Source: Lama guanicoe (Eukaryota). From it: a DNA stretch of 64,000 nt. The notes under the pieces were generated by a model, which worked only from the letters and a program-made list of their open reading frames with translations, was not told the DNA's origin and searched no databases. The translations under genes were made by a program, and so were the position numbers. The stretch spans positions 1 to 64,000 of the forward strand of contig MU054001.1 in NCBI GenBank assembly GCA_013239625.1. Direction: 5' to 3'. Within the stretch, counting starts at the first letter, position 1. Each line of letters opens with the position of its first letter. Positions 49,201-61,455 of this stretch are shown here, one piece after another.

Positions 49201-52200
49201 TGGAAAATTAGACAAATAAATCCTAACTAATACACATGTCTTATTAGCCTCTTGTACTAGCCTGTATCTACTAAGGACTGAGTACACAGGAAGTACTTAG
49301 GAGACATGTGCCAGCTAAAAGGCTCATAGAAGTCACACTGGACCTCATGGCTATTGGGGCCCAGTTCTCTAACCAGCACTTAGGAGACACTAATTTCTAC
49401 TCCATGCCCTCTCACAGCTGCAGAGGGGCCAAGAAATGACAGTTGCTGTGGCCACTTTCTCCAGATGTGTTCTAAGTTTTAAATCCAAGTTGGCTTCATC
49501 TAATCTCCTGGCCATAATCAATTAGTTATGCCTGTCATATTAAGGATTGTGAGGCAGTCATCTGGCTGAGGTTAAAAGATGCATGATCAATTTGTCATGT
49601 CTGCCATGGGAGCAAGAGGGGAGAATGGTGGTATGTGTGCCAGGTACTTTTGACACTTCTGTGAGTATTTCCCATCCAGGAAAACAGACTCCCTCTGGTC
49701 ATTCAGCTGTAGAGCCTAGGCTGGAATTCAGATTTCCAGACTTTCTAGGCTAATACTGTTCCTGACATACCAGATGCTCTCCATACAACTTTGAATGGTG
49801 GACACACTTGACCTTGACAGTACCTGTAAATCCCACAAGAGAGTTGGTCTCCCACTGATCTTGCCTCTGGAGCAGATTCTCCAGGGGGCACATGGAAGTC
49901 TTTTAGAACCACCCTTGACTCCCCCAGACTCCTTCTTTACCTTTGAAGAATGGGCAGATCTTCCACACAGTGGCCGCCCCTTCCCGGTTGTACTGGCCCA
50001 GAGCCAGCTCCATGTAGAACAGGGGCATCCCAGCGATGATGAGGAAGAGGGTGTATGGGATCAGGAAGGCGCCTGGAGGACACAGAGGCACAGCCTGAGA
50101 CCCTAGACCCTGCCCAGCCTGGACCTGCCCCTCAGAGTGTGTAGATAGATCCTGGCCAGAGCTGCAAGGTTCCTCATTTATCTGCTCACCCAGCCATTTC
50201 TCAACGGATGTTTTGTGGTAAGTAAATAGAGTGACACAGAGCAATTAATATACATTAACTATAACCATACTAATAAAAGTTACAGCAGTAGTCATAGTCA
50301 TAATCATAGTAACGAGGTTCTGTGCTCAAGTTAGTAAAATCTGGGTTCATCAAAACTAAATAAGCTTGTTTCTTGCAGGATTCTCCCAAGCCTTCACACA
50401 CAAGCACACACTGTGAAGCATCATGAGGATCCCAAATACAGTCTTTACCAACTTGATTTCAACTCAGCACCTTTTCTTTCAATGAATCATCCCTCTGGGG
50501 AATGTCAGTCACCCCAAACCCTTCCTTTTATAAGGAAATTGCGACCAAAAAGGGAGAGACAGTACCCAAGGTTACATACGATTGAGTTTTAATTTTGTTC
50601 GTATCTGTTATCAGTTTAAAGTCACCTTGGGCTTTCCCAGACATGGCCTCACTGGATTGTCCTTAGTCCCACAACAGCTCACAGGCATAACCAGAGAGGG
50701 TCATTATCTCCCTCTGGGGGAAACCGAAGGCAGAGAAGGGAGTTGAACTGGTTTTGTTTGCACTGCTGCTAAGTGACAGAAGCAGGAATCGCATTCAGGT
50801 CTTCTAACCCGTCAGGCTCACTCTCACAGAGTCGAGGCTGAAGGTAAATAATCACTGGAGCAAAGAGGCCAGAGGCTCAAGTCTCTGATCAGGGAAGCTG
50901 CCCACCTGGAACAGTGCAGAAGCTAGAGGGAGCCCTTGGCAATGGGCAGCAACATCCTTGGGAGAATTCCTGGCAGAATTCAACACATCTGAGTTCCCGA
51001 GACAGGGCTCGGTATGCCCAGTAGCCTGGGGTGAGCTTAGCAGGCTCTGACGCTGTGAGGTGACTCACGGGGATACAAGCCACATCAGCCCAGGCTGCAA
51101 GCGTGACCAAAGCAAAATGCCAGCTCCCCTCCCGCCACTGGCCTTTGGCTGAGTTGCCGTAACCTTGGAAACCAAACACCCTCTGACCTGCCCATGATAG
51201 CGAAGTATAGAAACCAGGAAATATTTAACGATGGCAACACTAGGAATATAACATTCCCTACCGTGTTTCAGGTACTTTCCAAGCAATGTCTCATTCCATC
51301 CTCACAACAACCCTAAAGTGCAAAGATTACTACTACCTCCATTTTACAGCTGTGGAAACTGAGGCTCCAGGCTAGCAGAGAACTGTGGTAAATTCACATG
51401 CATTCACGGTTAAACTCACCCAGCTAGGTACTCAGACTGTCAGGAAGCCCAGGGCTTTTAAGGACAAAGCATGAAGCTTTGGCCCCAGGGCTCTGAGACC
51501 CAGTCCTCTGTTGCTGATGGACCAGCAGGGTGGGTGGTAGAGAAGAAACCACCAAAAAATGAGTACCTCCTATGTATCAAGCACAGTGCTGGACATCTGT
51601 GATCCCATTTGCCCTACACAGAAACCATCTGAGGTAGCAACTACTGTGCCCATTTTTCAGAGGAAGAAACTGAAGCTTGGAGAAATTAAGTGACTTGTCC
51701 AATCTCACCAACTAGTAAGTGATAGATCTGGCATTTGGGCCCAGGTCTGTCTGGCTCCAGATCTCCAAGCCATTCCCAACATATTCTGCAGATTCCAGAA
51801 TATCGCAGCTTAGATGAAGGACGAGTCTGAACAGAGTCTTGAGAGAGGGTGTTCTGAAACCAGGAATCTGGGGCCAGCTGAGCCACCTGGTCTGTTGGTC
51901 ATGGGTTGGTCCAACCCTCCAGCCCCTGTTCCAGGCTGCGCTTCTTTGAAATGACCACATGGCAACCTCCCTTTTCCTTTCCTCATTTCTTGCTTTCAAT
52001 CTCCACCCTTTTCTTTCCCTACCCAGAGAGGGCTAGTCTGGGACCAGAACCCATGTTTGTCCACATTGCTGATAGCAATGCTGGTGATGCTGATCACCAG
52101 TGGTGGTGGTGACGGTGGAGTTGGTGAAAGTAACAAGTACCCTTTATTGAGCATCCGTTATATGCTAAGCCACACGCTAAGCTTTTGCATAATTATTCCT

Positions 52201-55200
52201 TTAAAACTATCCGCAAGAGATAACTACCACCCACTTCATTAAAAGAGGAAACTGAGGCTTCGAAAGGCTGAGTTGTTTGTCCAAACTGGTAAGTATGCAG
52301 CATGGCTTCACATCTGTTCTTTGTTTGTTTTTTTTGTTTTGTTTTTTGTTTTTTGGGTTTTTTTTTTAATCCTTTGATGACGGAGAGGAGGTAATTTTTT
52401 TTTTTAATTTAATGGAGGTACTGGGGATTGAACCCCCGACCTCATGCATGCTAAACATGTATTCTACCACTGAGCTATACCTTCCCCCCTGGGGCATCAC
52501 ATCTGGATTCATCTGAGCCCCGCTCTGCCTTGTGGCCAACTGCCTCTGCCCTTAGGGGCCCGGAGTCAGAGAGTAAGGGAAATAGATGGGCGTATTAAAA
52601 TGTTTAATGGGCCTGAAGACTGAAGTCAGTGGCCCAAGGGACAATGGGGAAGGGAGAAGCCAGGGGTCATGGCTCAGATCTTGGCACTGTGGTGTGCTGC
52701 TGGTGACAAGATTTTTTTTTTCTACAACCAGAGGAAAGAGCAACACCAGCTAGTTACCCAGACGTCTCACGCTGGCCAGTTTTCTCAACTCTCAACCTCT
52801 GGGTGGTAGTGCCAGCAGGTAGGTAAATTGCCCAGTTTGAGATTCAATTTTGTGCCGGCTGGGAGTCCCAGGGAGGGGAGGAGAGGAAAGATGACGTATC
52901 TGCACAAACCCAAGACTCTTCCAAGGGTGTCTGATGTGGGCCAGGCAAAACTGCAAGAGGAAACAGACTGAGAGCACTCAAGAATGATGGAACGGCTGAG
53001 TATGAATGAAAAGCAGAAAGCTGCCCAGTGGCCAGTGCCTTATTCTAACAGAGGACATCGACCAGTGAGCTGGCCCAGGCCCTCTTGCACAAAGATCTGG
53101 AGGAAGCCAGGGCAAAGCTAAAGAGTCAGAAGGTGATTTCGGGGATGCCTGAGGTCAGCTGAGGAAGCCTCTGGTAGAAACAGCCCTGCAGCAGCTTCTG
53201 GGAAACTGAGGCTGGTTGCAAACTTCCTAGAAGGTACTGCCCTGTAAGGCCCGTAACTGCCACATCCCCCCTGCCCTGCCTCATCTCCATGCATGGCGTG
53301 TGCTAGCTGCAACCAGCCTCACCCAGAACCTCAGAACTGAGAACCTCTGGGGCCACCAGCCCAGAATCCTGGCTCGGGAATGCTCTGGCTGTGCAGGTGC
53401 TGGGAATTTTCTAGGCAAGGAGTGTCTTTGTTCTAATGAAGCCACTCTTTGTGGGCTTCTGGATGGGTCACCAGAAAGATCAAGCCATGATTAAACCCCC
53501 AGGGAGGGAGGAGGGACTGGAGATTGAGTTAATACTCATCATGCCTATGAGAGGAGACTTCATAAAAATCCCTAATACATGGTGTTTGGAGACCTTCTGG
53601 ATTTTGATGACCTGGTGAGAACCCCCCATCTCCATGGGAACAGAGGCTCCTCTACTCAGGACCCTTCCACATCTCACCCGATGTACTTCCTCCCCCGGCC
53701 GATTGTCTGCATCCTTTATGATATCCTTTATAACAAACAGGTAAATGTAAATGTTTCCCGGAGTTCTGTGAGCTGTCACAGGAAATAATCAAATCTGAAG
53801 ACAGTGTCATGGGAACCCCTGATTATAGCTGGTTGGTCAGAAGCACAGGTGACATCTTGACACGTGACTGGCCTCTGAAGTGGGAGAGTTCCTGGGAGAC
53901 TGAGCCCGTAACCTGTGGGGTCTGCCCCAACCCCAGGCAGACAGCGTCAGGACTGATTGTTAGGACACCCAGCTGGTGTCCCAAAAGTCAGAGAACTGGT
54001 CAGTGTTGGGAAAACTCCTACACTTTCGGGGTCAAACGAGTGTAGAGTGTGCACAAAAATAGAGTTTTTTCTCATGCTTCTTTCCTGGATCTCAGACAAT
54101 CCTGGCTCCCCCAGCCCTGCTACTTCTGACTATGTGACCTTGAGCCAATGTGCCTTCTCTGAGCCTTGGTTCCCCTTCATCCCCTTCATAAAAGGGGGTC
54201 ATACCTGCATCATGTTTGCTGTGGTAATTAGAGAGAATGGAGGTGAAGTTTGTGGCACTTGGTGTTCTGTAAATGGGAATCACGTCCTGCCACCACACAC
54301 AAGGGCAGCTGGGACCTGCCTCTGTAAACTGGGAACCATGAGCACAGGATGTCTGCCCATGTGGCGGAGGGTGGCTGGGTCCTTGGCAGAGCACAGCACA
54401 GAGGCTCGAGGCACAGGACTCTGGGGCAGTCTCTTGGGCAACTCATGTCCCTGTCCCAAGTGAGGCTGGCTACTCCTCCTCGTGTCCAAATATGACCGCT
54501 GACCACGAGCAAGTGAGGGGGCAAGGACTCCCTTAGGCCACAGGCAGCCCCATGAGCAAAAGGGCTCCGGATTTCCCTTCAAGAAGGGAGGACCTGCTCC
54601 CCCGCAATGGGGACCACTCAGCCCCCACTGAGCCCTTTGGGAACTGTCCCTGCCAAAGACAGCGGCCTCGCCCAAGACCACAGCCCCTTCCCAGGGCAGC
54701 TGGCATCCAATGACTGATGGAGTCTGGGGCATATAGTCCTGGCTACCTCACCCCAGTTCAGGACCAATCTCAAGGACCTCATGGTCACTGAGGCTTTGCT
54801 CAAGCCGGCCGCCCAACCTCTCTGGCCAGCGCCTCTTCCTCCCTTTCCCTGAATCCCTCCCCCTGTGGCCTCCACCTACTGCCTTCTTTCTGTCCTTCAT
54901 AGCATGGAAAACAAAACAAAGCAGACTTTTCCAGAGCATTGGGAGCCAGGTATAGGGTCCCCCTCTGAGTCTTTGTCAGTGGCCTGTGGCCATTTCTGTA
55001 AAGAAACACACCTGTTCCTAAAAGAACCCAAGTTCAGACCATTCAAGTCTGTCAACACAGAGAGACCCTCTGCCTTGGGGAGGGGAGCTGAGCCACATGG
55101 TGTCAACTGGTGTCTCCCCACCCTAAGATCAAGCTTGTCCTTGGAGCCCTCAGTGACCACAGTGGGGCTCTGCCCACTAGCCTCGGGGTTCCTGGAACCT

Positions 55201-58200
55201 TCGCCCAAAGGAGCCTTGCACCTCTTCCCCGGCACGTTACTGAGACCAGCCAAGACCATCTATACAAGCCCCTGTGTAAGTTCCTGCTGTTCCAAGATGG
55301 GATTCTACACAAAATGATGAGAACTGGCTTTTTTTTTTGCCCCACAAGGGGTTGCTCCCTCCTCTTCATTTTGGGTCTTCCTAGTTGACCTCTGGGTCTC
55401 CTCTGAGATTGTGTCAGTCCCAGCCAGGAAGGAAACACACCACTCCCCTGGTAGATTAAACCCGGCTCCTCTAAGGAGGTCAGCGAGGGTGGGATTTGGG
55501 GAAATCAGAGTTGAGGCTACCCCTCCTCCTGGGACAACTCTCCCTCCGCTGTTGGCTTTGCAGGATCTGACTGAATTCTTCCTCATGAAGTTTCTTAAAG
55601 GTTCTGGGTTCCCATCTCCTCCATCCTGGCCAATTTAAGAGGAACAAATTTTGGGGTGTTTGGGATGGTAAGAACTATATTATAGAAGGAAATATAACCC
55701 ACAAAGAACAGAATGGAGCTTCACCTCCTTGATTTGAGATATAACACTTCCAATAACAGAATCTAACGTAACTTGTAGGCTATCCACAATAAAATATGAG
55801 TTCCCTAAAGGCAAGGATTGCCTTGTGCTCCTCTCTGTGTTCCTGGCATATGATGGGCATTAATAAACTTTTTTTTTTTTGGCTAAATAAATGGATCCTG
55901 GCAGTGACTCACAGAGGATGTAGCTAATGAAAGCCCCGGGGCTTTTCTCCACTTGTGCTGTGGCCTAATCCTTACTTAGGCACACAGGCTAGGCAGTTGG
56001 GTTTGGGACCACAGGGCAGGATGTAACATTTATCCTTATGAAATCCCATCTTGATGGGCTCAGCCCCTCAAGATCTTTTTGGCCAGCTCAGAGCAATGGG
56101 CCAAATCATGCTGGTAACTCCAGATCACGGTCTCAGCTCCAGCCCCTGATGAACGCCTCTTTCCTGCAAACTTGCTAGCTGGAAGGCTAAACCAGCTGGC
56201 TGGTTCCTCTGCATCTGACCTGAGCAGCCAGCGTCAGGCTGAGCAAGCTCAGGGTACAGATGGCCCCCTGCAGCCAGGCCCAATGTGAGGGCTCTGAGTT
56301 TGCCAACTCCTGCCCTTTCTACCAGCCGCCACCTCGTATCTGGCCTCAAGAACCCCTAATATTTTGGCCAAGAGGATTCCCAGAGGCCTGTGGGTACCTG
56401 AGACCCTGAGCTACTTGCTGAAGGAAGGGAACCCCATCTGGGACCCAGAACCACAGATCTCATGGGACCCCATACAGGGAGGTTAACCCCCATCTTCCAG
56501 GTGGGGAAACTAAAGTGGGATAAGGTTAGGCCATCAGAAACCCAAGACCCAAGCCTCACTACTTTCCAGCCTTAGATCCGCCTAACAACCTCCTCTTAGA
56601 GTCAGTTCTGCTCCCACCAGAATCAGGACCCTGTCCTACTCTTGGTTCTAGCCTGTGTCTAGCAGTTCAAAGCCACTGAACAATAAACATAACAGTAACA
56701 ACTTCATTTATTGAGCCCACACTATGTGCCAGGCACTGTTGTGAGTGCTTTGCTTTTATTATCTCTAATGTCGTGTCGCCCTACAGGAAGATGCTTCCTT
56801 TTCTGCACAAGGAAGTTCTAAAGCCCCTGGGAGGATGAGTGACTTGTCCAAGGCCACATTTCTGGGGAATGTCAGACTCAGATTCAAACTCAGTTCTGTC
56901 TGAACCTAAAGGCCATGCCTCTCTGATCAGCCGGACACATCTCAAACAGAAGCCATCATTTACAAAGGATAATTCACAGTGTCCTCTTCCCTGGCAGGGA
57001 GGCAGACACGGGGACGCAATCCCTCTGTCCAATCCTCCCCAGAGACCAGCACAGGCCGGGTCCAAGACCACAGGAGCAGAGGGACAATCTAGGGACCCCG
57101 GAAAGACCCCCACTGCCCGACACTGCCTCCCTGTTTGAGAAGGTTCTGAACAAAGCCTTCGAATTTCCAAGAGTGGTACTCCCCACCAGAAACCACCTGC
57201 ATCCGTGCATCCCAGCAGCTGGCTTATGGGAAAATGTTCAGACAGGCTGATCTTTCCCAGGAATTCATTCAGAAAATATTAGCCGGGGGCCTAAATGATT
57301 GGCACCTCTATCATTTCAAAACCTCCTCCAATCTGGGCCAGTGTGAACAGCTGGTCTTGGAGGTTGTCATGTTAATGCTGGCATCAGAAGAGCACACAGG
57401 CTATCAAATAACAGGGCGTGTAAGTCCTAGCTTGGGTGCAGTGCTGAGCCAGGGCACTGAGAGGGACGGATCTTGGGGGTCATCCTAGCTCACCTCCAGC
57501 TGTAGTGGGGAATTTGAGCTCAGAGAGAGTGACAGAGATGGGATTTGAACTCAGGTCTTTTGGCTGCTTCTCCAATTACAGGCTATCCACCTGCCAACCT
57601 GCTTGCCCATCTCTGGGGCTAGCTTTATAGTTGCTGGATGAGACTTGATCCACAGGGAGCAGCCAGGCGGTCTCAGCAGAGACAAAGACCAGAAGGGGCC
57701 AGCCGAGCATCCCCTGGAGGCCTGAGAAGAAAGTTGGAACAGGAGCTGCCTTGGACTCTGAGATGCAGGGCTGTACTGCTCCACTGTGCCAATCATGAAC
57801 ATCTCAGCCAGAAACAGAAATTCACTGGTATAACTTCCCTATCCGTAGCCAGCTAAGCAAGGTCTCCACAGCCTGGTCCCAACTTGCCTTTCCACCCTTA
57901 TCGCTCCCAGCTTGCCGTTCAGCCAGCCTGCACTTCTGATTTCTGAGATGCTCCCACCTACGTTCTCAGCTAGAATACCTCCTCCCTTCCCCAGGTTTGC
58001 TCGTGCCCCACCCATCCCAAGGAGCTGAGTGCCAACCACAGCCCATCTCTCCTCTGAGTCCTTCTCAAGCAGCCCCTCCTCAGGCCTTTAGAGCACGTGA
58101 CACTTCTCCCAACCATGCCCCACATCTTCCTAAAGATGTGGCATAAGAAGCAGCCGCTACCTTTACTAAGGCTGGACTTCATGCCAGACCCTCCACGGGT

Positions 58201-60653
58201 ATGATCGCATTTAGTCCTCACAGCAGCCCTCGGAGTCGAACACCACTATTTCCACTTGACAGATGAGGAAACTGAGAGATGCCCAATGTCACAGAGCCAG
58301 AATCTGGAACCCAGGACTCCACAGCCACGGCTCCCCATCTCTAGGTGCCAACCCCACCCACCACCAGCACATGCTGCCTCACTTTGTTCCTGCTCTGCCT
58401 GGATAGGCATTAGGTCTCTGAAGGTTTGCACCATTTCATTAATTTATTCATTCAATAGACGTTTGTAAGGAGAACTTCTATCACATTCCCAGGATCTAGG
58501 CCTTATCTTGGGCATTAGACGTCCAGAGATGATAAAACCGCAGTCCCTACCCTCAGCGTGCCCCAGTCTGTTTGGACGACAGACCCACAAAGAGACAAAT
58601 TACCAAATGACTCAGGATGGGTGATGTGCAGGGCTAGCAAGCCTAGGAGAGGGAGCTTCCGACCAGCTTCGCCTCAACACTGGAACATGTGACAAATCTG
58701 CTGTGTTTTGTGCCCTGGGTGCCTGGGACAGGTCACCTTGTATACAGCAGGCACTCTCAGTTGGTGGTGATGACCAAGTGAGCACACAGTGTCAGTGAAA
58801 GCCCTGGAATATCCATCTAGCTGATGTGTCCAGCTGGCCATCTGGGGTGCTTTTAGTTTCGACAAACACTTACAACAATGGAAATGACAGTGTAGCAGCG
58901 TGACAACGAAGCCCTTAGGTGACTAAAGCTCCTGACAGGCAGAAGTGGTGGTTAATACATCTAAGTGACCCCTGCAGAGCCCAGCACTGTGCCTCACGCA
59001 GAGAAGAACCCAATAAATATTGCTGATTAATGATAGCCCCTTCTGCTGTCTAGGGACACATAACCTTGGACAGTCATGGAGGACATGTTAGATGGAGTGT
59101 TCTGGGTTCTCTCAATCTGTCTTTCATTCCTCATCTCCTTGTCTGCTAAAAGGACAGAACATCTGCATTTCTTCTCTCCTTGGATCCAAAGGGCCAGGAG
59201 ACTTAAACCTGACCAGGACCTTTAAGAAGGGGCAGCAGCCAAACAAGGAAAAGTTTCCCCTCTGGATTGTCTGTTTCCCATGCCTCACCCAAAGCAAATG
59301 TCCAGAGTACATACTGAAGCAAATAGGTGGGTCCCAGACACTAAGGGACTAGGTCATGAGCTTTCCCTTTACCCAGCCCCAAACCCTCATCCTGCCTCCC
59401 TCTGACCTCCTGGAGTCCTGAGCCAGAGCGCTGCCAGGCAGATAGCCCCATGGATAGAGAAAGGTTTCCAGAGTGGGGGCCCCCTTTGCCGACTTCTTCT
59501 TCTAGGTCATTTTCCCTGAGCTCCCTACAGGGTATTCCTGAGCTCATCCCAGCAAAAGGGGGTAGTTTGGGCAAAAGCTCTCAGGAAGGAGTTAGGGCTT
59601 AGGACCCAATATCTTGCCCCCTGAGCTGCTTTGCCCAGGACTCTGCCCCGAGTGGGCTGTAGTTGATCTCTAGGCTCTAATCCCGGGGCAAGTGGGAATC
59701 GGGTCACCCAGCAGAGGGAGGCAGGAGAGAGGCTGGCTCTTGGACTGGAGTCTCCTCCAGGATGGACTAGGGTCCTGGGGCCAGGACCCCAGGAGGCAGA
59801 GGTTTCATCCCAATCAACCAGGCCTCCTGCCTCAAGGACCCAGCCAGCTAGGGTACCTCTGACCCAATCCCACCTCGGCTGTGCGCCCTGGCCCCTCCGG
59901 CCAAACAACCACCAACTTGAGAATGGAGTTCTCTCTACCACTGGCTTCTCTTTGCGTGTCTCTGTTCCAGGGTTTCTGTCCCTCAAAGCGCAGGGCCTCC
60001 CAAGTGTCTTCAGGGAACTCAAGTCCTCTATCAGAGTGCTGGGGTTAGAGCCACCGTGTGCCTGACTGTCACATCTCATACACTTCTGGCGCCCCTTCAA
60101 GAGCTCTCCAGATACACACCTCCTTTCCTGGGGACCATCAAAAGGTCAGGATTCTTCACCCAAAAGGTGCCCTGGATTCTGTACAAGGTCATGCCTCGAT
60201 TTCCCTCTTCCACAGGGGACTCCAATCCTTCATCCGTGAGCCCTGTCCTATCCCTTCCTGTGCCCCAGACTTGCCCTTCTGCCTCGTCTTCTCCGATGTA
60301 TATCCCAGCTCCTCTCCCGGCCACCACTGCGGACCGCTAGCCTCCCAAGTCCAAACCCGCAGCCCATCATGGGGCTCACCGCCGCCGTTCTTGTAGCAGA
60401 GATAGGGGAAGCGCCACACGTTGGCCAGGTCTACCGCGAAGCCGACCACCGACAGCAGGAAGTCGATTTTCTTGCCCCAGGTCTCCCGGGGCTGCTCATC
60501 GCCGTCGCGGGACGCCAGGAGGCACTGGACGCCGTTGCGCTCTTTCACCACCAAGACTTCCGCAGCTTTGCGCTTTCGCGGGGGCTGCTCTGACCCCGGG
60601 CCCGCCCCGCTGTTCTCCGGCTGCACCTGCGGGTTCATCCGCGCCAGAAGCAT
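25260..60653 (-). CDS. SLC6A2: Sodium-dependent noradrenaline transporter NET, 14 coding exons, 617 aa
   Basis: Exon lengths 274+132+238+139+135+104+125+113+129+100+101+168+72+24 = 1854 nt, all GT-AG and frame-consistent. N-terminus [17 protein letters not shown]6 motif [20 protein letters not shown]-terminus LQHWLAI. Confidence 0.98.
25902..25973 (-). CDS. SLC6A2: SLC6A2 coding exon 13 (72 nt)
   Basis: [24 protein letters not shown]|gtagg. Confidence 0.97.
26417..26605 (+). mobile_element. L1 3' end with A tail and internal (TG)/(CA) tract
   Basis: ataaacaacaaggtcctactgta...actgaatcactatgctgtacaccagaaac; flanking repeat gaaagggcat at ~26409 and ~26609. Confidence 0.8.
27245..27412 (-). CDS. 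SLC6A2: SLC6A2 coding exon 12 (168 nt)
   Basis: [18 protein letters not shown]...STRGSLRE. Confidence 0.97.
27857..27957 (-). CDS. SLC6A2: SLC6A2 coding exon 11 (101 nt)
   Basis: [33 protein letters not shown]. Confidence 0.97.
28960..29059 (-). CDS. SLC6A2: SLC6A2 coding exon 10 (100 nt)
   Basis: [33 protein letters not shown]. Confidence 0.97.
29533..29661 (-). CDS. SLC6A2: SLC6A2 coding exon 9 (129 nt)
   Basis: [25 protein letters not shown]...FCITK. Confidence 0.97.
30827..30852. repeat. (GT)n microsatellite
   Basis: Direct reading. Confidence 0.95.
30920..31032 (-). CDS. SLC6A2: SLC6A2 coding exon 8 (113 nt)
   Basis: [37 protein letters not shown]. Confidence 0.97.
31820..31944 (-). 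CDS. SLC6A2: SLC6A2 coding exon 7 (125 nt)
   Basis: [41 protein letters not shown]. Confidence 0.97.
33180..33283 (-). CDS. SLC6A2: SLC6A2 coding exon 6 (104 nt)
   Basis: [34 protein letters not shown]. Confidence 0.97.
34955..35089 (-). CDS. SLC6A2: SLC6A2 coding exon 5 (135 nt)
   Basis: [10 protein letters not shown]...FYRLKEAT. Confidence 0.97.
35828..35955. mobile_element. MER5-like DNA transposon relic (similar relics ~37925-38082 and ~44220-44392)
   Basis: Typical ends: aagctcccc.ggtgat...aatcactg, ttgagaagcactg. Confidence 0.6.
36420..36600. repeat. Degenerate (GGAT)n tract at an L2-like tail
   Basis: Direct reading. Confidence 0.85.
40965..41103 (-). CDS. SLC6A2: SLC6A2 coding exon 4 (139 nt)
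   Basis: [23 protein letters not shown]...KGVKTSGK. Confidence 0.97.
41547..41775. mobile_element. MER20-like DNA transposon relic
   Basis: cagtggttctca...ggagacatctttggctgtcac...gaggttgtgaaaccctg. Confidence 0.7.
42152..42326. repeat. Polypurine (GA-rich) low-complexity tract
   Basis: ~170 nt almost only A/G. Confidence 0.9.
45999..46121 (+). mobile_element. tRNA-derived SINE (Vic-1-like) with (CA)n in the tail
   Basis: A/B boxes; flanking repeat agatgctac. Confidence 0.88.
46140..47135 (+). mobile_element. Old L1M (L1MC/ME-like) 3' region
   Basis: gacaactaaatgc...ggatcctggaccag...ggacattagtgggaaaactggtgaa motifs. Confidence 0.65.
47841..48078 (-). CDS. SLC6A2: SLC6A2 coding exon 3 (238 nt)
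   Basis: [22 protein letters not shown]...PAAEFYE; sequons NCT, NSS, NHT. Confidence 0.97.
49941..50072 (-). CDS. SLC6A2: SLC6A2 coding exon 2 (132 nt)
   Basis: [43 protein letters not shown]. Confidence 0.97.
52317..52489 (-). mobile_element. tRNA-derived SINE (Vic-1-like)
   Basis: Reverse A/B boxes (ccactgagcta, gggattgaacc), T-rich tail, flanking repeat tcacatctg. Confidence 0.88.
53330..54073 (+). mobile_element. MER21-like LTR (boundaries approximate)
   Basis: gggactggagattgagttaat, tcatgggaacccc, gttggtcagaagcacagg and gactgagccc..aacctgtggg motifs. Confidence 0.65.
60380..60653 (-). CDS. SLC6A2: SLC6A2 coding exon 1 (274 nt)
   Basis: MLLARMNPQ...YKNGG-G|gtgag. Confidence 0.97.
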
Positions 60654-61208
60654 GGGTGCGGCTGGCGAGGGGCGTCAGTACTGGGAGAACTCCGAGTCTC
60701 TGCTGGAATCAAAGAAAAAGATGTGGTCACTGGGCCTTTCTGCCCTGCCTGCGCCTCCTGAGACCTCCCAGGAGCTCCGGGACGCTGTGGTCGGCGCGCT
60801 CTGAGCAGACGCAGAGTTCCCAGAAAAGGGCGCACGTCTGTTGGAAAAATTTGGAGGCAGAGGTAGTGGCGCGCCAGACTGGGACAGAACTTAGGTGGAG
60901 ACAGCCCCGGCCGCGCTGGGGACCCTTCTTGGGACCCTGCAACTCTTCCCTCATTAGCCCGCTCCCGCTTGCCCCAAACGGAGGGGTTTGGACACGCCGA
61001 GGCCGAGGTTTCACGAGGCGGTGACCCGGCCCAGGGCAGCAGGCTACTCCTACCCTCAGCTCGGGTCTGCGCCACCTCCAGCAGTCCCAGGAATCTCCCC
61101 GGACACTTACATCCCTGCATTTCAAACTCGCTGGCACCCTAGCTTTGCACATCTCAGCCTGGGCCTCCCTGCACACCTAGCCCGGTCCCGCGCGCAGGAC
61201 GCACTCAC

Positions 61209-61420
61209 GTGTCCGGCGGCGACGGGATCCCGGGTGCCGTGCGCCCTGCCTTCCTGCCCCGGACCCGCCTCGCCTCTCCAGGCTGTGGGGCGCGGGCTGG
61301 GGCTGGACTCCGCCGCGTGGCGCTCGGGCGCGGCGGAAGGAGCGCAGAAAGCGCGGGGCGGCCGACGGGGCGCGGGCTGGCTGGTTCTGACCTCGCCGGG
61401 CGGAGGCTGGGCTGGTAATG
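61209..61420 (-). other. SLC6A2: SLC6A2 non-coding exon 1 (5' end approximate); 5'UTR intron ~60703-61208
   Basis: Donor CAC|gtgagt at 61208 and acceptor ctttttctttgattccag| at 60703; consistent with the known ~0.5-kb 5'UTR intron of NET. Confidence 0.7.
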
Positions 61421-61445
61421 TAGCCTGCGCCCCAGGTAACGCGCC

Positions 61446-61455
61446 GATTGCATTA
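61446..61455 (-). promoter_or_regulatory. Homeodomain site TAATGCAATC (candidate PHOX2-responsive element)
   Basis: TAAT-containing motif inside the GC-rich proximal promoter; the NET promoter is known to use a PHOX2/homeodomain site. Confidence 0.6.
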
